A stretch of DNA of 64,000 nt from Eledone cirrhosa (GCA_964016885.1 OZ024749.1:22258001-22322000); one strand, 5' to 3'. Positions 1-13,586 are shown, numbered from the stretch's first letter. Program-made: numbers and translations. Notes: generated from the sequence alone by a model not told the origin.

Positions 1-74
1 GTTGGCAGCCACCATATATATATGTATGGCCTCAGCCGGATGGCTGAAACAGGTAAAAAAGTAAAAGAGTAATA

Positions 75-163
<89 letters not shown>

Positions 164-166
164 ATA

Positions 167-210
<44 letters not shown>

Positions 211-222
211 TATATATATATG

Positions 223-262
<40 letters not shown>

Positions 263-328
263 CATATATATATATATATACATACATATATATATATATA
301 TTTATATATAAATACATATATATATATA

Positions 329-796
329 TGGAGGAGGTTATAGTTCACTTGAAGCATTGTGTAATGAGGTATAAACGTTAGAATATGTGTAATAAGGCCA
401 AGACAATGCAGATATGGACATAGAAACATACCTACACCTTCATGCTTTCTCCCACACACATATACAGGCACGCATATAAAATTTAAAAAACACAACAAAA
501 ACATAAACAAACCCCTCTTAAAGGGAGACTACTCTTTACCCACCTAATTTTAATTCTTTGATATTAAAGTTAGAACTCTATACTATTTCCGGTCAGCATG
601 GCTTCATTGGAAATTTAAGACGCTGGTCTGAGACGTTTACTTCCCTCCGAAGAAGAGATATTATCTCGAAAATTAAGGACATTTAAATAAATTCAAGGTG
701 AAAGACGAATTCTCATCAATATCTCTCACTATTGCATTCTTTTTCTATGTCCATATCTGCATTGTCTTGGCCTTATTACACATATTCTAACGTTTA
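329..796 (+). mobile_element. Short PLE pseudo-LTR remnant (family W) with inverted 5' piece, flanked by (TA)n
   Basis: About 370-425 is the reverse complement of about 743-796; same family as 36775-37160; contains a hammerhead motif at 644-678. Confidence 0.7.
644..678 (+). ncRNA. Minimal type-I hammerhead, core mutated (CCGAAGA)
   Basis: cct-CCGAAGA-a-GAGAT att ATCTC-GAAA-atta-agg; the sister copy at 36938-36972 has CTGAAGA. Confidence 0.55.
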
Positions 797-819
797 TATA
801 TATATATATATATACATAC

Positions 820-850
<31 letters not shown>

Positions 851-1000
851 TATATACATACCTATATATATATATATTTATATATAATATATATATATAT
901 ACATATATATATATATCTATATATATACATACATATATATATATATTTATATTTATATATATATACATACACATATATACATACATATATATATATATAT

Positions 1001-1180
1001 AACAAAGGAATTGTGGTAAGGAACCAGATGGACCATAACGCACCAGAGGACTCAATACTTAGGGTAGTAGAGTGCGAAATAGAAAAAAGTATGACCCCGA
1101 CGGCAGAGCTCAAGCCGTCCATTTAGTCCAGAAATAGCCGTCGAAAAGGCTTGAGCTCTGCCGTCGGGGTCATACTTTTT

Positions 1181-1183
<3 letters not shown>
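1001..1183. mobile_element. Fold-back pLTR mini-element in (TA)n
   Basis: About 1085-1118 is inverted to about 1146-1180; same family as 15569-15710, 42733-42925 and 11350-11385. Confidence 0.65.
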
Positions 1184-1242
<59 letters not shown>

Positions 1243-1267
1243 TACATATATATATATATAAATATAC

Positions 1268-1318
<51 letters not shown>

Positions 1319-1349
1319 CATACAATGCATATATATATATACATATATG

Positions 1350-1380
<31 letters not shown>

Positions 1381-1474
1381 ATATATAAGAAAGATCGAGT
1401 ATCGAAAAATCGGCGCACGAGTTCACGATAAACAAAATTCGATACATATATGTATATATATATATGCATGTATG

Positions 1475-1528
<54 letters not shown>

Positions 1529-1548
1529 TGTATATATATATATGCATG

Positions 1549-1603
<55 letters not shown>

Positions 1604-1648
1604 GTATATATATGTATATATATACATACATGCATATATATATATACA

Positions 1649-1686
<38 letters not shown>

Positions 1687-1712
1687 CATATATATATACA
1701 TATATATATATA

Positions 1713-2268
1713 TGGTGGCTGCCAACTCGTTTTCGAGTACGGCCACTACTTTATATCCATGTAGGAGAACCCCTACTGATGCGCTGAACGAGTGTGACTT
1801 TTTAGTCCAGCCAGCGACTTGAAAACTTTGGTACAAACACTGCACTTGTGACAATTATTGACACATAGTGCTGGGCCCATGGTACCATGTGACGACAAGT
1901 GCAGAGAGATCTCCAGATACAAAGCAATGCCTGTGCCGTGAAGCTTTTATAGTGAGAAAAGGCACTGCACAAAGCCAGTCCCACTCTCTTAACCAAGATG
2001 ATATTTACCAAAAAGAAGAACAAGTCAACATCATTGGATACCATCAGGGTTGCAGGTGTTATATCAGAGTTTTCCTTCTCCTAGAATTCTGCCTTGACAA
2101 AGGCTAAGGGGTCATCTCTCCCGGTGATTTTGGATGGCCATTGGCTCTTAAGAGCTCCTTTTGCCCTTTGACAGGTTTTGTTTTTAGTCCTGCAGGATGT
2201 CCAAAGTCACCCTCCTCACCAAGAAACCTTGGCGGGGTTGCCAGTTTAGTCGCCAACGACCCGACCAT
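1713..2268 (-). mobile_element. Non-autonomous RTE-derived element (~555 bp)
   Basis: Minus strand has an RTE 5'UTR-like motif ctaggagaaggaaaactctga and a 3' end ctcgaaaacgagttggcagccacca running into microsatellite; four copies in the window plus a stub at 1-14. Confidence 0.65.
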
Positions 2269-2276
2269 ATATATAT

Positions 2277-2309
<33 letters not shown>

Positions 2310-2595
2310 CATTTATTTACATTATAATGTACATATATATATATAAGTGTGTGGGGGGGGGGGGGGCGTGTGTATGTATGTATGTACATATTCAATCATA
2401 TCTATATAAACATATGTAAATGTTTATATATTTAAATGTATATATAGATATATTATATTGGGTTGTGTAGGCATTTATGCATGTGCGTATACGCATGTAT
2501 ATTTTCGTGAATTGCGTAGGTGTCTGAATACACGCACTGTTCAACGTTTGTGTATGCATGCTTGTGTATAAATGTCTATAAAGTTTATATTCACG

Positions 2596-2634
<39 letters not shown>

Positions 2635-2637
<3 letters not shown>

Positions 2638-3200
2638 TGGCTGCCAACTCGTTTTCGAGTACGCCCACTACTTTATACCCATGTAGGAGAACCCCTACTG
2701 ATGCGCTGAACGAGTGTGACTTGTTAGGCTAGCCAGCGACATGAAAACTCTGGTACAAACACTACACTTGTGACAATTATTGACACATAGTGCTGGGCCC
2801 ATGGTACCATGTGACGACAAGTGCAGAGTGATCTCCAGATATAAAGCAATGCCTGTGCCGTGAAGCTTTTATAGTGAGCAAAGGCACTGCACAAAGCCAG
2901 TCTCACTCTCTTAACCAAGATGATATTTACCAAAAAGTAGAACAAGTCAACATCATTGGATACCATCAGGGTTGCAGGTGTTATATCAGAGTTTTCCTTT
3001 TCCTAGAATTCTGCCTTGATAAAGTCTAAGGGGTCATCTCTCCCGGTGATTTTGGATGGCCATTGACTCTTAAGAGCTCCTTTGCCCTTTGACAGGTTTT
3101 GTTTTTAGTCCTGCAGGATGTCCAAAGTCACCCTCCTCACCAAGAAACCTTGGTGGGGTTGCCAGTTTAGTCGCCAACGACCCGACCATGGGACAGGTTG
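2635..3200 (-). mobile_element. Non-autonomous RTE-derived element, copy 2
   Basis: Near-identical to 1713-2268. Confidence 0.65.
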
Positions 3201-3374
3201 TATATATATATATATATACATGCATACACACATACACACACATATGTTTGAATATTTATATATATAGATATAATTGTAGGGTTGCAGGTATATATATATA
3301 TATATACATATATACACACTCACACACACACGCGCGCGTACACACACACACCCACACACACACACACACACCCA

Positions 3375-3417
<43 letters not shown>

Positions 3418-3712
3418 CTATATATATATATATATACATACAAGGATGAACAAATCGACATAAAAACATCTCAGTTTTATTCTGTAAAGATCTCAAAGGA
3501 AGATTTGAAAAAAAACAACCCAGAAGACCCTATTCCAGAGTACACATATGAAATAATACTACAGAAACAATATCGATTACCTATTGTAATATATATGCCA
3601 AGGTACAAAAGTAATCAGAACATAAAAAAAATTACTTACATTACCTGTTACACTTGAACTATACCTATACAGCTGTTTCGAATCTCAGAGAAAAACATCA
3701 TCCATTAAATAC

Positions 3713-3750
<38 letters not shown>

Positions 3751-3917
3751 ATACTTTGGGAGGGTCATGTTGCCAATAAGAAACACACGCACCAGTTGCT
3801 TTCACTTCAATTTATTATATATTTATAAATTTATAAATCTACAAATCTACAAACTTATAAATTTCTGGTTGGTTGGTTGGTTCCACAACCAGATAGTTGT
3901 TTATATATAGTCATAGC

Positions 3918-4865
3918 TCTGGTTAGATACCATTAACAACCAAAAACAAATCCTCCATTCCCATTATGCCACCCCATGACTTCCAAACATCTGATCCACC
4001 GAAACTCGGCCATTTTGGACCATACCAAAATCAACATACTGATTGCGGATTTGGTACGGGTGATGAGAAATGTGTGCCGCATGTGCAACCCCGAAGAATT
4101 AGAGAGACACATACAACACTTCATCCACCGTATGCAGTTCTCTGGCTACAATCAGAGAGTAGAATCAGAGTGTATAGAGGAGCCAGAACCAAATGGGAAA
4201 AAATGGTAAATAATGACATAAATGGGACCTGCCCCTTGTATAGGAGCAAATTTTGGAATAGAATAGAAAGAACTAGGAACAAGGCCAATAGAATAAACTC
4301 ATGGTATGATAGCAATAAATACCAGAGTGTAATGTTCATCAATACAACCCCTAGAGGTGAATTAGCTTACAAATTTAGAAGGGCCCTAAATAAACATAAA
4401 CTCAAAATTAAGATAGTAGAAAGACCAGGTACCTCCGTAAAAACACTTATTAGCAAGACATACCCTTTTCAAAGACCCTCATGTATAGATAAGAAATGTA
4501 TAACCTGTAAAATAAGCCCCCATATTAACTGTAAAACTAGAAATGTAGTGTATAGCATAAGATGCACTGAAGGACAATGTAGAAACAAAAAGATAGTGTA
4601 CATAGGTGAGACAGCTCGTAGTATAGGGGAACGGATAAATGAACACTGGCGAGACCTTCAAGATGATAAAGAATCATCTGTACTCTACCAACATGCTAAG
4701 ATAGAACACAAGGGTAAATTAGAGAACATAGAAATAAAAATAGAATCCACACACAGAAAAGATGCAATGTTTAGGCAAATTACAGAGGCAGTAAGCATAA
4801 AAGAATTACAACCAAAATTAAATAGAAAATATGAGTGGAACAGCATCATCACAACTTACAATTAA
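3918..4865 (+). pseudogene. PLE RT C-terminus plus GIY-YIG endonuclease (frameshifted)
   Basis: MQFSGY, PLYR, CxxC linker, NVVYSIRC..YIGETARSIGERINEH, RQITEAV..PKLN. Confidence 0.9.
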
Positions 4866-5073
4866 GGACAAAATGAAAACACACACACACATAGAACAAA
4901 CAACCAACCAACAACATGTAAATAAATAAACAAATAGATAAATGAACACAAACACACAGAGACACCCGGATGTGGCGCATGCGCAAACTGAGCACACATC
5001 ACACACACAGAAACAAAATGGCGTAGGACAGAAGAAAGGAAAGGCACAGAAACAAACAAAGAAAGGAATCCCC

Positions 5074-5118
5074 AGTCACTGAAGAGGTCACAGAGTGTGT
5101 GACGAAAGGTCAATGACT
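5074..5118 (+). ncRNA. Type-I hammerhead of PLE family A (cleavage triplet altered)
   Basis: agtca-CTGAAGA-g-GTCACA gagtg TGTGAC-GAAA-ggtcaa-tgact. Confidence 0.7.
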
Positions 5119-5338
5119 ATATATAAACAACTATCTGATTGTGGAACCAACCAACCAACCAGAAATTTATAAGTTTGTAGATTTGTAGATTTATAAATTT
5201 ATAAATATATAATAAATTGAAGTGAAAGCATCTGGTGCGTGTGTTTCTTATTGGCAACATGACCCTCCCAAAGTATAACAAAATCGGTTTCAACACACGA
5301 TTTCAGATAAAGAATCTTGCTAAACAAATTCAGAAACG

Positions 5339-5469
<131 letters not shown>

Positions 5470-5603
5470 ATTAGAAAGTGAGCAACACAAAATATAACTA
5501 CTCCATTACCAAAGGTTTCTGGATCTCACACACTAACATTCCACCCTCACTTCCAATTTTTAACAGATTTTCAATCTCATTTCATATTTTTTATCCATAA
5601 CAT

Positions 5604-5671
5604 CTCTGTCTGACGACCGATCCAGACGTATATTAATATTGTCTGGGATCCAGAAACCTTTGGTAATGGAG
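5604..5671 (+). ncRNA. Type-I hammerhead in a pLTR remnant (5471-5770)
   Basis: ctctgt-CTGACGA-extended stem II (gatccagac..gtctgggatc)-GAA ACC ttt GGT A-atggag; 5471-5526 is an inverted partial copy. Confidence 0.8.
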
Positions 5672-5814
5672 TAGTTATATTTTGTGTTGTTCACTTTCTA
5701 ATCAAATAGCTCTGTTCTATACATAGAGAACTCTTTTTTCCTTTGCCTTTTCTTCGGAATTACCTAACACACAGACACACACAGACACACACTCACACAG
5801 ACACACACACACTT

Positions 5815-5847
<33 letters not shown>

Positions 5848-6143
5848 TTAAATTAAAGCCCACAACCTATAAGATCTACCTGTGAATTTGTACGTATGAT
5901 AATTGTTGAACTTGTTCCCTTATTCTTATGAAGAACTCCTCTTCCGATGAAGAAGCTTCAATTCTTCCAGTATTGAGTATTTCAATATCTTGGAATTCCC
6001 GCCCCCGTGCCTTGATTTTCAGAAACCGTGGTTGGGGCAGGTTGGGGAAGGTTGGAGGCATTATATAAGTTTAAAATTGACTTTCTTTAGCCAATTTGAC
6101 TTGTACCCCCCCCCCCCCCCAAGTAAGATTTTTTGATTTACAT

Positions 6144-6219
<76 letters not shown>

Positions 6220-6487
6220 TTAAAATAACAGATTAAAGTTTAAGCAAAGAAACGCTGCTTTCACCCTTAACGGGATCTTCTGAAACTAACAAAGTCAATC
6301 TGTGAACGCAGAAGTTAATATTTAAAAAAAAAGTTGTAACCGGAGGAAGACAGGAAGACGATACTTTGGTTCGCGGAAACGTTCCCTGGCAAAGAACGGG
6401 AAAAAACGAATATAATACGTCATTATTTGGATTTTAGTCTTCAATTACGAGCCCTCTTTGGATTTTAGTCTTCAAATTTATTATTAT

Positions 6488-6554
<67 letters not shown>

Positions 6555-6621
6555 TGCTCACACAAGCTTGGCGCTGCGGTCGGGATTTTACATTTCCATA
6601 TATATCTATCTATCTATATAT

Positions 6622-6680
<59 letters not shown>

Positions 6681-6691
6681 AATATATATAA

Positions 6692-6775
6692 CATAGAAAT
6701 GGCTTCTACAGGACAAGAACTGTTTCATTCGGGAGAAATGAAACAGTTCTAGTCCTGTAGAAGCCATTTCTATAT
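6692..6775. mobile_element. Fold-back pLTR mini-element
   Basis: About 37-bp inverted arms around a 7-nt loop; the arm contains a GAAACAG..GTC hammerhead-like half; related fragment at 7450-7487. Confidence 0.6.
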
Positions 6776-6834
6776 TATATATTTATACTCTGTATTGAGT
6801 ATTTTACTTACTCTGGTTACCCCCCCATTGAACC

Positions 6835-6871
<37 letters not shown>

Positions 6872-6934
6872 TATTGAAGTTTGAAAAAGTCAGAAGAATG
6901 AAGAGTGCTCTATGTAAGTTACAGAGCTAAATAT

Positions 6935-7165
<231 letters not shown>

Positions 7166-7186
7166 TGTGGGTGTGTTATATAATAT

Positions 7187-7368
7187 TGGCAGTATCGGTA
7201 GAGAGTCGGACGCCATGCTTTGACGCATCGTTACGGCCCTTGCCATTCTGAGTTCAAATCCCGCCGAGGTTAACTTTGCCTTTCAACCTTACGGGGTCGA
7301 TAAAATAAAGTGCCAGTGGTACACTGGGATAATTGCTGGCCTTGTGCCAAAAGTAGAAACAATTATAT
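7187..7368 (+). mobile_element. tRNA-derived SINE (octopus-type)
   Basis: A-box-like tggcagtatcggtagag, B-box gagttcaaatccc, body actttgcctttca..ggggtcgataaaataa; partial copy at 7388-7445. Confidence 0.8.
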
Positions 7369-7486
7369 TATACTATTCGACAGTGTAGTGGCAATATCGG
7401 TAGAGGGTCGGACACCATGCTTTGACGCATAAAGTTACGGCCCACTGCAATGAAACAGTCTAGTCCTGTAGAAGTCATTTCTATAT

Positions 7487-7531
<45 letters not shown>

Positions 7532-7758
7532 AGGTTATATTTAATTTGTTTGGATACAACAAGCAAAATATTTTTATAACTGATATAAAGCACTCAACAA
7601 ATTATTGGAGATTTCAACCAGAATGGTTGAATTTTTTAAGGGTATGTCAATATTTATTTATAAAACTAAAAGCGCACCATAGTTTGCTCTGGTGGCCCTT
7701 GAAATATGTATAATGAAATAAATATGGGTTTATAAATATAGTTTCCATTTGTTAATAT

Positions 7759-7826
<68 letters not shown>

Positions 7827-8314
7827 AAGTTATATTTAAAATTGTTGGGTTACAACTAGTAAATATTTATAACTGATATAAAAGCACTCGACAAATATTT
7901 GGAGTATATTTACAATATTGTATATATATATATATATATATTTTAATATTGTATATATATATATATATTTATATAAGAAGCAAAGACAATTTCAGTGATA
8001 CGAAACGATTTCTTCAGGTAAACTCCGGTTTCTGGGTGAAAATCCAATTTGAAAATCCAACGAATTTGAGAGGTCCACGTAAACGTTGATATATATATGT
8101 ATGTAAAAGGTAAACAGAAATAACAACACAATCGGTACAGTATATGGAAGGAATATATTAGGTTAACGCTTGAAATACCAGGAAGAGGGTCTTAACGTTT
8201 CGGACTTTTCTAAAAAACCTAGCATTTCGAGCCACTTTTTTCCACATTAAACAGAAGTAACATTCGAACACCAACCAGATGCGAGAAAAACCACAAACCC
8301 CCCATCTCAATTCT

Positions 8315-8352
8315 ACTTTTGAAAAGCATAAGAACTGTGAAACCGGTAAAGG
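8315..8352 (+). ncRNA. Hammerhead variant with U3:A8 core (family C), degenerate copy
   Basis: ctt-TTGAAAA-gcat aagaa ctgt-GAAAC CG GTA-aagg; homologous to 34684-34721 and 50152-50189. Confidence 0.55.
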
Positions 8353-8438
8353 AGACAAATAAATATTCTTAAAAAGACTCCAGTTGCATTTTTGATTGCA
8401 TATTTTTTCCTTATATATATATAAGAGAGATGGTTTTA

Positions 8439-8508
8439 TTCGTTATACGTATTTCGAAGATGTAAGGTAGTTATATAATAACGCCCTTGGACGTTTTCTT
8501 CAGACAAA
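8439..8508 (-). ncRNA. Type-I hammerhead, partly degenerate
   Basis: tttgt-CTGAAGA-long stem II (AAGG/CCTT, GTTAT/ATAAC)-GAA ATACGTAT A-acgaa. Confidence 0.6.
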
Positions 8509-8663
8509 AATACAAACGAGATGTCATTTTCCATTGATATGTCGGATATATTATTCATCTCGCCGACCAGTGCACACACACACACATATATTTATGTTAT
8601 ATGCAATGCATATTTATGTATATGCATATATAAAGACACGTATATATGCATTTATATATATTC

Positions 8664-8772
<109 letters not shown>

Positions 8773-8837
8773 TAGAGAGATTCATATGTATGAGAGAGAT
8801 TCATTTATATATATATTCATATGTATATATATATATA

Positions 8838-9965
8838 GAGAGAATTAGTACATCTACCAACATATGTGTACAGATGTACACTCATGCTAGCAAATATATA
8901 AGTTATGTCTTAGTACCTATGCGGTTCTATGCAGGTGAATGCAGAACAATTATATGAAAGACGTAAAATAAGAAGATTTTAAAAATTAAAAATTAACTTA
9001 CTAAAATTTTCACTCCAACTAATTAGTTTCTGTAATGGGATAAATATAGTTACATAATATATATAACTATAGAGAATTCATTACGGCATCATGGAGTCTA
9101 TTCTCAGCTAAGTTCCCAGGCAATGCGCGGACACTAGGAACCCATATAAAAATAATAATTCAGTAGATGGAAAGAAGCTAGCGAGGACTAAATTCCGGAG
9201 CACTGAAAAAATTCACTGCCTCTGGTCAGTGGCAGATTCTAAAGAATCAATCACGTGACACTGAGGTTAATCAGTTAGGAGCGGGTGGTATTATGACAAG
9301 AGCCTACTACTACCATGAAATAGCAGTAAATTTTGGCCAGTTTTGCTCAACAAATAATTTGGAGATAAATATAGAGAATTAGTACATCTACCAACATATG
9401 TGTACAGATGTACACTCATGCTAGCAAATATATAAGTTATGTCTTAGTACCTATGTGGTTCTATGCAGGTGAATGCAGAACAATTATATGAAAGACGTAA
9501 AATAAGAAAATTTAAAAAATTAAAATTTAACTTACTAAAATTTTCACACCAACTAATTAGTTTCTGTAATGGGATAAATATAGTTACATAATATATATAA
9601 CTTTGGAGAATTCATTACGTCATCAGGGAGTCTATTCTCAGCTAAGGTCCCAGGCAATGCGCGGACGCTAGGAACCTATATAAAAATAATAATTCAGTAG
9701 ATGGAAAGAAGCTAGCGTGGACTAAATTCCGGAGCACTGAAAACATTTCACTGCCTCTGGTCAGTGGCAGATTCTAAAGAATCAATTACGTGTCCGCGCA
9801 TTGCCTGGGAACTTAGCTGAGAATAGACTCCCTGATGACGTAATGAATTCTCTATAGCTATATATATTATGTAACTATATTTATCCCATTACAGAAACTA
9901 ATTAGTTGGAGTGAACATTTTAGTAAGTTAATTTTTAATTTTTAAAATTTTCTTATTTTACGTCT

Positions 9966-9966
<1 letters not shown>
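8838..9966. repeat. Retrozyme-like tandem array R1 (534-bp unit, about 1.8 units on minus plus an inverted segment)
   Basis: 8838-9370 repeats from 9371; inversion at about 9790; hammerheads at 9012-9097 (-, mutated core), 9546-9631 (-) and 9827-9912 (+). Confidence 0.85.
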
Positions 9967-10029
<63 letters not shown>

Positions 10030-10064
10030 CATATGTATATATATATATAGAGAGAGAGATTCAC

Positions 10065-10118
<54 letters not shown>

Positions 10119-10650
10119 CGAGAGAGATTCATACGTATATATATATATTTAATACAATAACAGAGATATTTTAAAGCTAAACTCTGACTGGTAGCCATCT
10201 CACTCAACAAACATTAGGTTATATTTAAATATAAATCCAATTTAAGTGTTTGGGGTGCTAACAATATGTATAATGTGGAAAAACCAGTTGTATTATTTTA
10301 TGAGATATAATTAAAGTTAAAGTATATCTCTCTTTCCAAACAATTGTTTCATTATAAGTTTTCTACAAGTTGGGAGAATATTTTCAGTTTATGTAGAAGC
10401 CTAATATATATTCATGTAAGAATATATTTAGGTGGGCGCTTATAAATGATCAGTGGAAGCCCATTAAACTTAGATATAAGAAAGAAATTCTTACCGCAGT
10501 CAAAAATCGTGTCTGTTAAGTTGCTCCTTCTCGCATCGAATGACCGCCAAATTTGAAATTCCAGCAGTTTTTGACTGAGGAAGTATCATATCGACACGAA
10601 GCGGGAAGGGGAGACAACTTCGATCCACGAAAGGAGGAAAAAAATAATAA

Positions 10651-11098
10651 TATACACGCGGGTTAATTAGTTTTTTCGAAAACATTATCAATCCAACGTG
10701 TTAAGAACTCAATTGAAAATAAAAAAAATAAATATATGCGTGCATAAATTACACACGCATATAGATATTTTCTTAGGCAAAAATCAGAAGTTGTACCCGA
10801 ATAAGAACCGCATCTCATAACCGCCGTAAATACAGAAAGTTATGCTTTAAAGGGCAAATGGGAATGTAAATCTCCGGCCGAATTAAGAGTAAAATATAAA
10901 ACACACGCGGGTTAATTAGTTATTTCAAAACTAATATCAATTCCTCGTGTAAAGAACTCAATTAATTAAAGAAAATAAATGTATGCATGTAATTATATAC
11001 ATAGGCATATATATATATTTTCTTAGGCTAAAAAAACAGAGAAGTTAAAACCCCCAAAAAACACAACATTTCACAACAGTAATAAATACGGAAAGTCA
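10651..11098. repeat. Diverged tandem duplication, ~250-bp unit
   Basis: acacgcgggttaattagtt..aagaactcaatt..tttcttaggc occurs at about 10654 and about 10903. Confidence 0.7.
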
Positions 11099-11101
11099 AA
11101 T

Positions 11102-11150
<49 letters not shown>

Positions 11151-11407
11151 TAAAATAACAGATTAAAGTGTAAGCAAAGAATCGGTGATTATCGAGCCCT
11201 CTTTGGATTTTAGTCTTCAAATTTATTATTATTACTATATATATATATAGCTAGATCCGAACTAAATCAGTCGTATTAGGACAGTAGGGACCTAGCTGAA
11301 CTTATCAAGGAGCACATTCCATATATGGGCATGCAATCAAAACACAGTTATGGTCCAGGTGGTTCCTTACCACACTTTCTTTGTTATATATATATATATA
11401 TATGTAC

Positions 11408-12292
11408 AATATATTTAGAAACACACAGATACATGCGGACACACACATATACATGAATGCATCCACACCCAACCGTGAATTAATGGTGCCAACCTCACCG
11501 ATGTTGCTCAATGAATGACTGGGACAGACCAATTGGGTTGAATTAGACTGAACCAGACGCGTTCTTGAAGCTAGTAAAATGAGGTATCCTCTTGATAAGT
11601 TGGCAGACCTTGCAAGGACTCTATATCTTTATGATGTATTGTTTTTGTTTATGCCACGAAACTACGTACTCGAGGAATCTAGGAACAGTTTAGGTATGAT
11701 ACATTTTATTACTAATTATATCTAAATTTTTAACTCTGATTTCAGTCTAATTCAACCGAATTGGTCTGTCCCAGTCATTCATTGAGCAACATCGGTGAGG
11801 TTGGCACCATTAATTCACGGTTGGGTGTGGATGCATTCATGTATATGTGTGTGTCCGCATGTATCTGTGTGTTTCTAAATATATTGTTCATAACTCCCTC
11901 TGGTCGAGTAATCTTTTGAAGTGTGGTGGCTGCTGGAAAGCTGCCATTACTCATACTTCTCGCCTCCTTCGCCACCTCTTCTACGGCTTCGATATAAATT
12001 CCCCCTCCGCCTCCGTGGTATTTTCTTCGGGGTTATAAGAGGCTTAGCTCTGTTTTTCGACCGTTATATCGCGTGACTATCTCCCCCTCCGCCTTTTGGG
12101 ATTCTTTCTCACGTCGTGTAGACGCCTTCTTGAAGCTAGTAAAATGAGGTATCCTCTTGATAATTTGGCAGACCTCGCAAGGACTCTATATCTTTATGAT
12201 GTATTGTTTTTGTTTATGCCACGAAACTACGTAGTCGAGGAATCTAGGAACAGTTTAGGTATGATACATTTTATTACTAATTATATCTAAAT
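11408..12292. repeat. Rearranged block with inverted and direct duplications
   Basis: 11408-11552 is inverted to 11743-11886; 11562-11726 is directly repeated at 12127-12291. Confidence 0.75.
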
Positions 12293-12325
12293 GTTTCTTC
12301 TCTCTTCATAATGTATATATATATG

Positions 12326-12358
<33 letters not shown>

Positions 12359-12390
12359 GTATATATATGTATATATATATATGTATGTAC

Positions 12391-12465
<75 letters not shown>

Positions 12466-12569
12466 TATTGAAATTTCCGTTGAAAACAGAAAAGGTCATA
12501 GAAGTGAAGAGTGCTCTATGTAAGTATCAGAGCAAAATTTAATGTATAAAAATCAATACAATATAATTA

Positions 12570-12639
12570 CCTCATTACCAGAGGTTTCCCGAATGAGGCG
12601 AATACGAAAGAAACGTCTTCATTCGTTCGTCAGACGAGG
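12570..12639 (-). ncRNA. Type-I hammerhead
   Basis: cctcgt-CTGACGA-a CGAATGA..TCATTCG g-GAA ACC tct GGT A-atgagg. Confidence 0.8.
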
Positions 12640-13310
12640 CAATATAAAACATGGGTAAATACTTGGAAAGTCTCATCAAGAAAAGCAAAAAAACAAAAAA
12701 GATATAGACAAATGAATTAGAATATGAAATATATAATAATCTTTCAAGAAATATAATTAGGTATGTATATGCGCTCACAGATGTGCATATATGTGTATGC
12801 ACATATGTATACGTATAGTGAAAAAGTGTGCGTAAATATATAATTTAGGGCAAATGTATCTGTATGTCTGTAATCTACAGACAGAATAGATACACCATAA
12901 GAATATGAAGGCACGCGCATAAGCACACCTACACACACGTACACTTAGATGCGGAAGTAAAACAGGTAAGGGGGTGTAATAATTAAAGGAAAGTATCAAT
13001 CTCGATATATGTATAAAAATGGAACAATAATTTAGAAAGAAAAAATTAAAGAAAAGAAGACAAAAAAGGTACAAACATACACACACACGTACATCTCACA
13101 AAAGAAACGCAAAGATATACATGCTTATATACACACGCAGACTTACACATCCGTACGTTCGATACGTACACACACACACACATACTTACACTCACGCATA
13201 TTGACCTGTTTGCATGCACACGCATAAAAATGAGTAAGTAGAAAAAGGGGGGAGAAGAAAAAAGGAACAAAACATAAAACCTAGATGTAAAAACACGGAT
13301 ATAAAGACAT

Positions 13311-13372
<62 letters not shown>

Positions 13373-13408
13373 CATATAAGAACAAAAGATTGTCAAAAGA
13401 GCTCCATG

Positions 13409-13479
13409 CATTCTACTATGCGCATTTCAAAAACAAACATCATCATGCAACAATATCTGTGCTTTCATCAGATAAAACA
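13409..13479 (-). ncRNA. Type-I hammerhead in a 130-bp insert between two (TA)n tracts
   Basis: tgttttat-CTGATGA-long GU-rich stem II-GAA ATGCGCAT A-gtagaatg. Confidence 0.7.
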
Positions 13480-13499
13480 TGAAGACACGATATGAAGGT

Positions 13500-13586
<87 letters not shown>

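Noticed and set aside
5876-6061. 61-aa ORF as a host exon (also 15108-15323)
   Set aside because: No recognisable domain or splice context
6241-6290. Hammerhead-like halves at 6241-6290, 7980-8022, 3655-3705, 13707-13776, 29195-29265 and 62423-62490
   Set aside because: Core or stem I/III cannot be completed; probably decayed motifs, not called
10651-11098. 250-bp tandem as a retrozyme
   Set aside because: A TTGATAA..GAAA fragment is not conserved in the second unit and stem I does not pair
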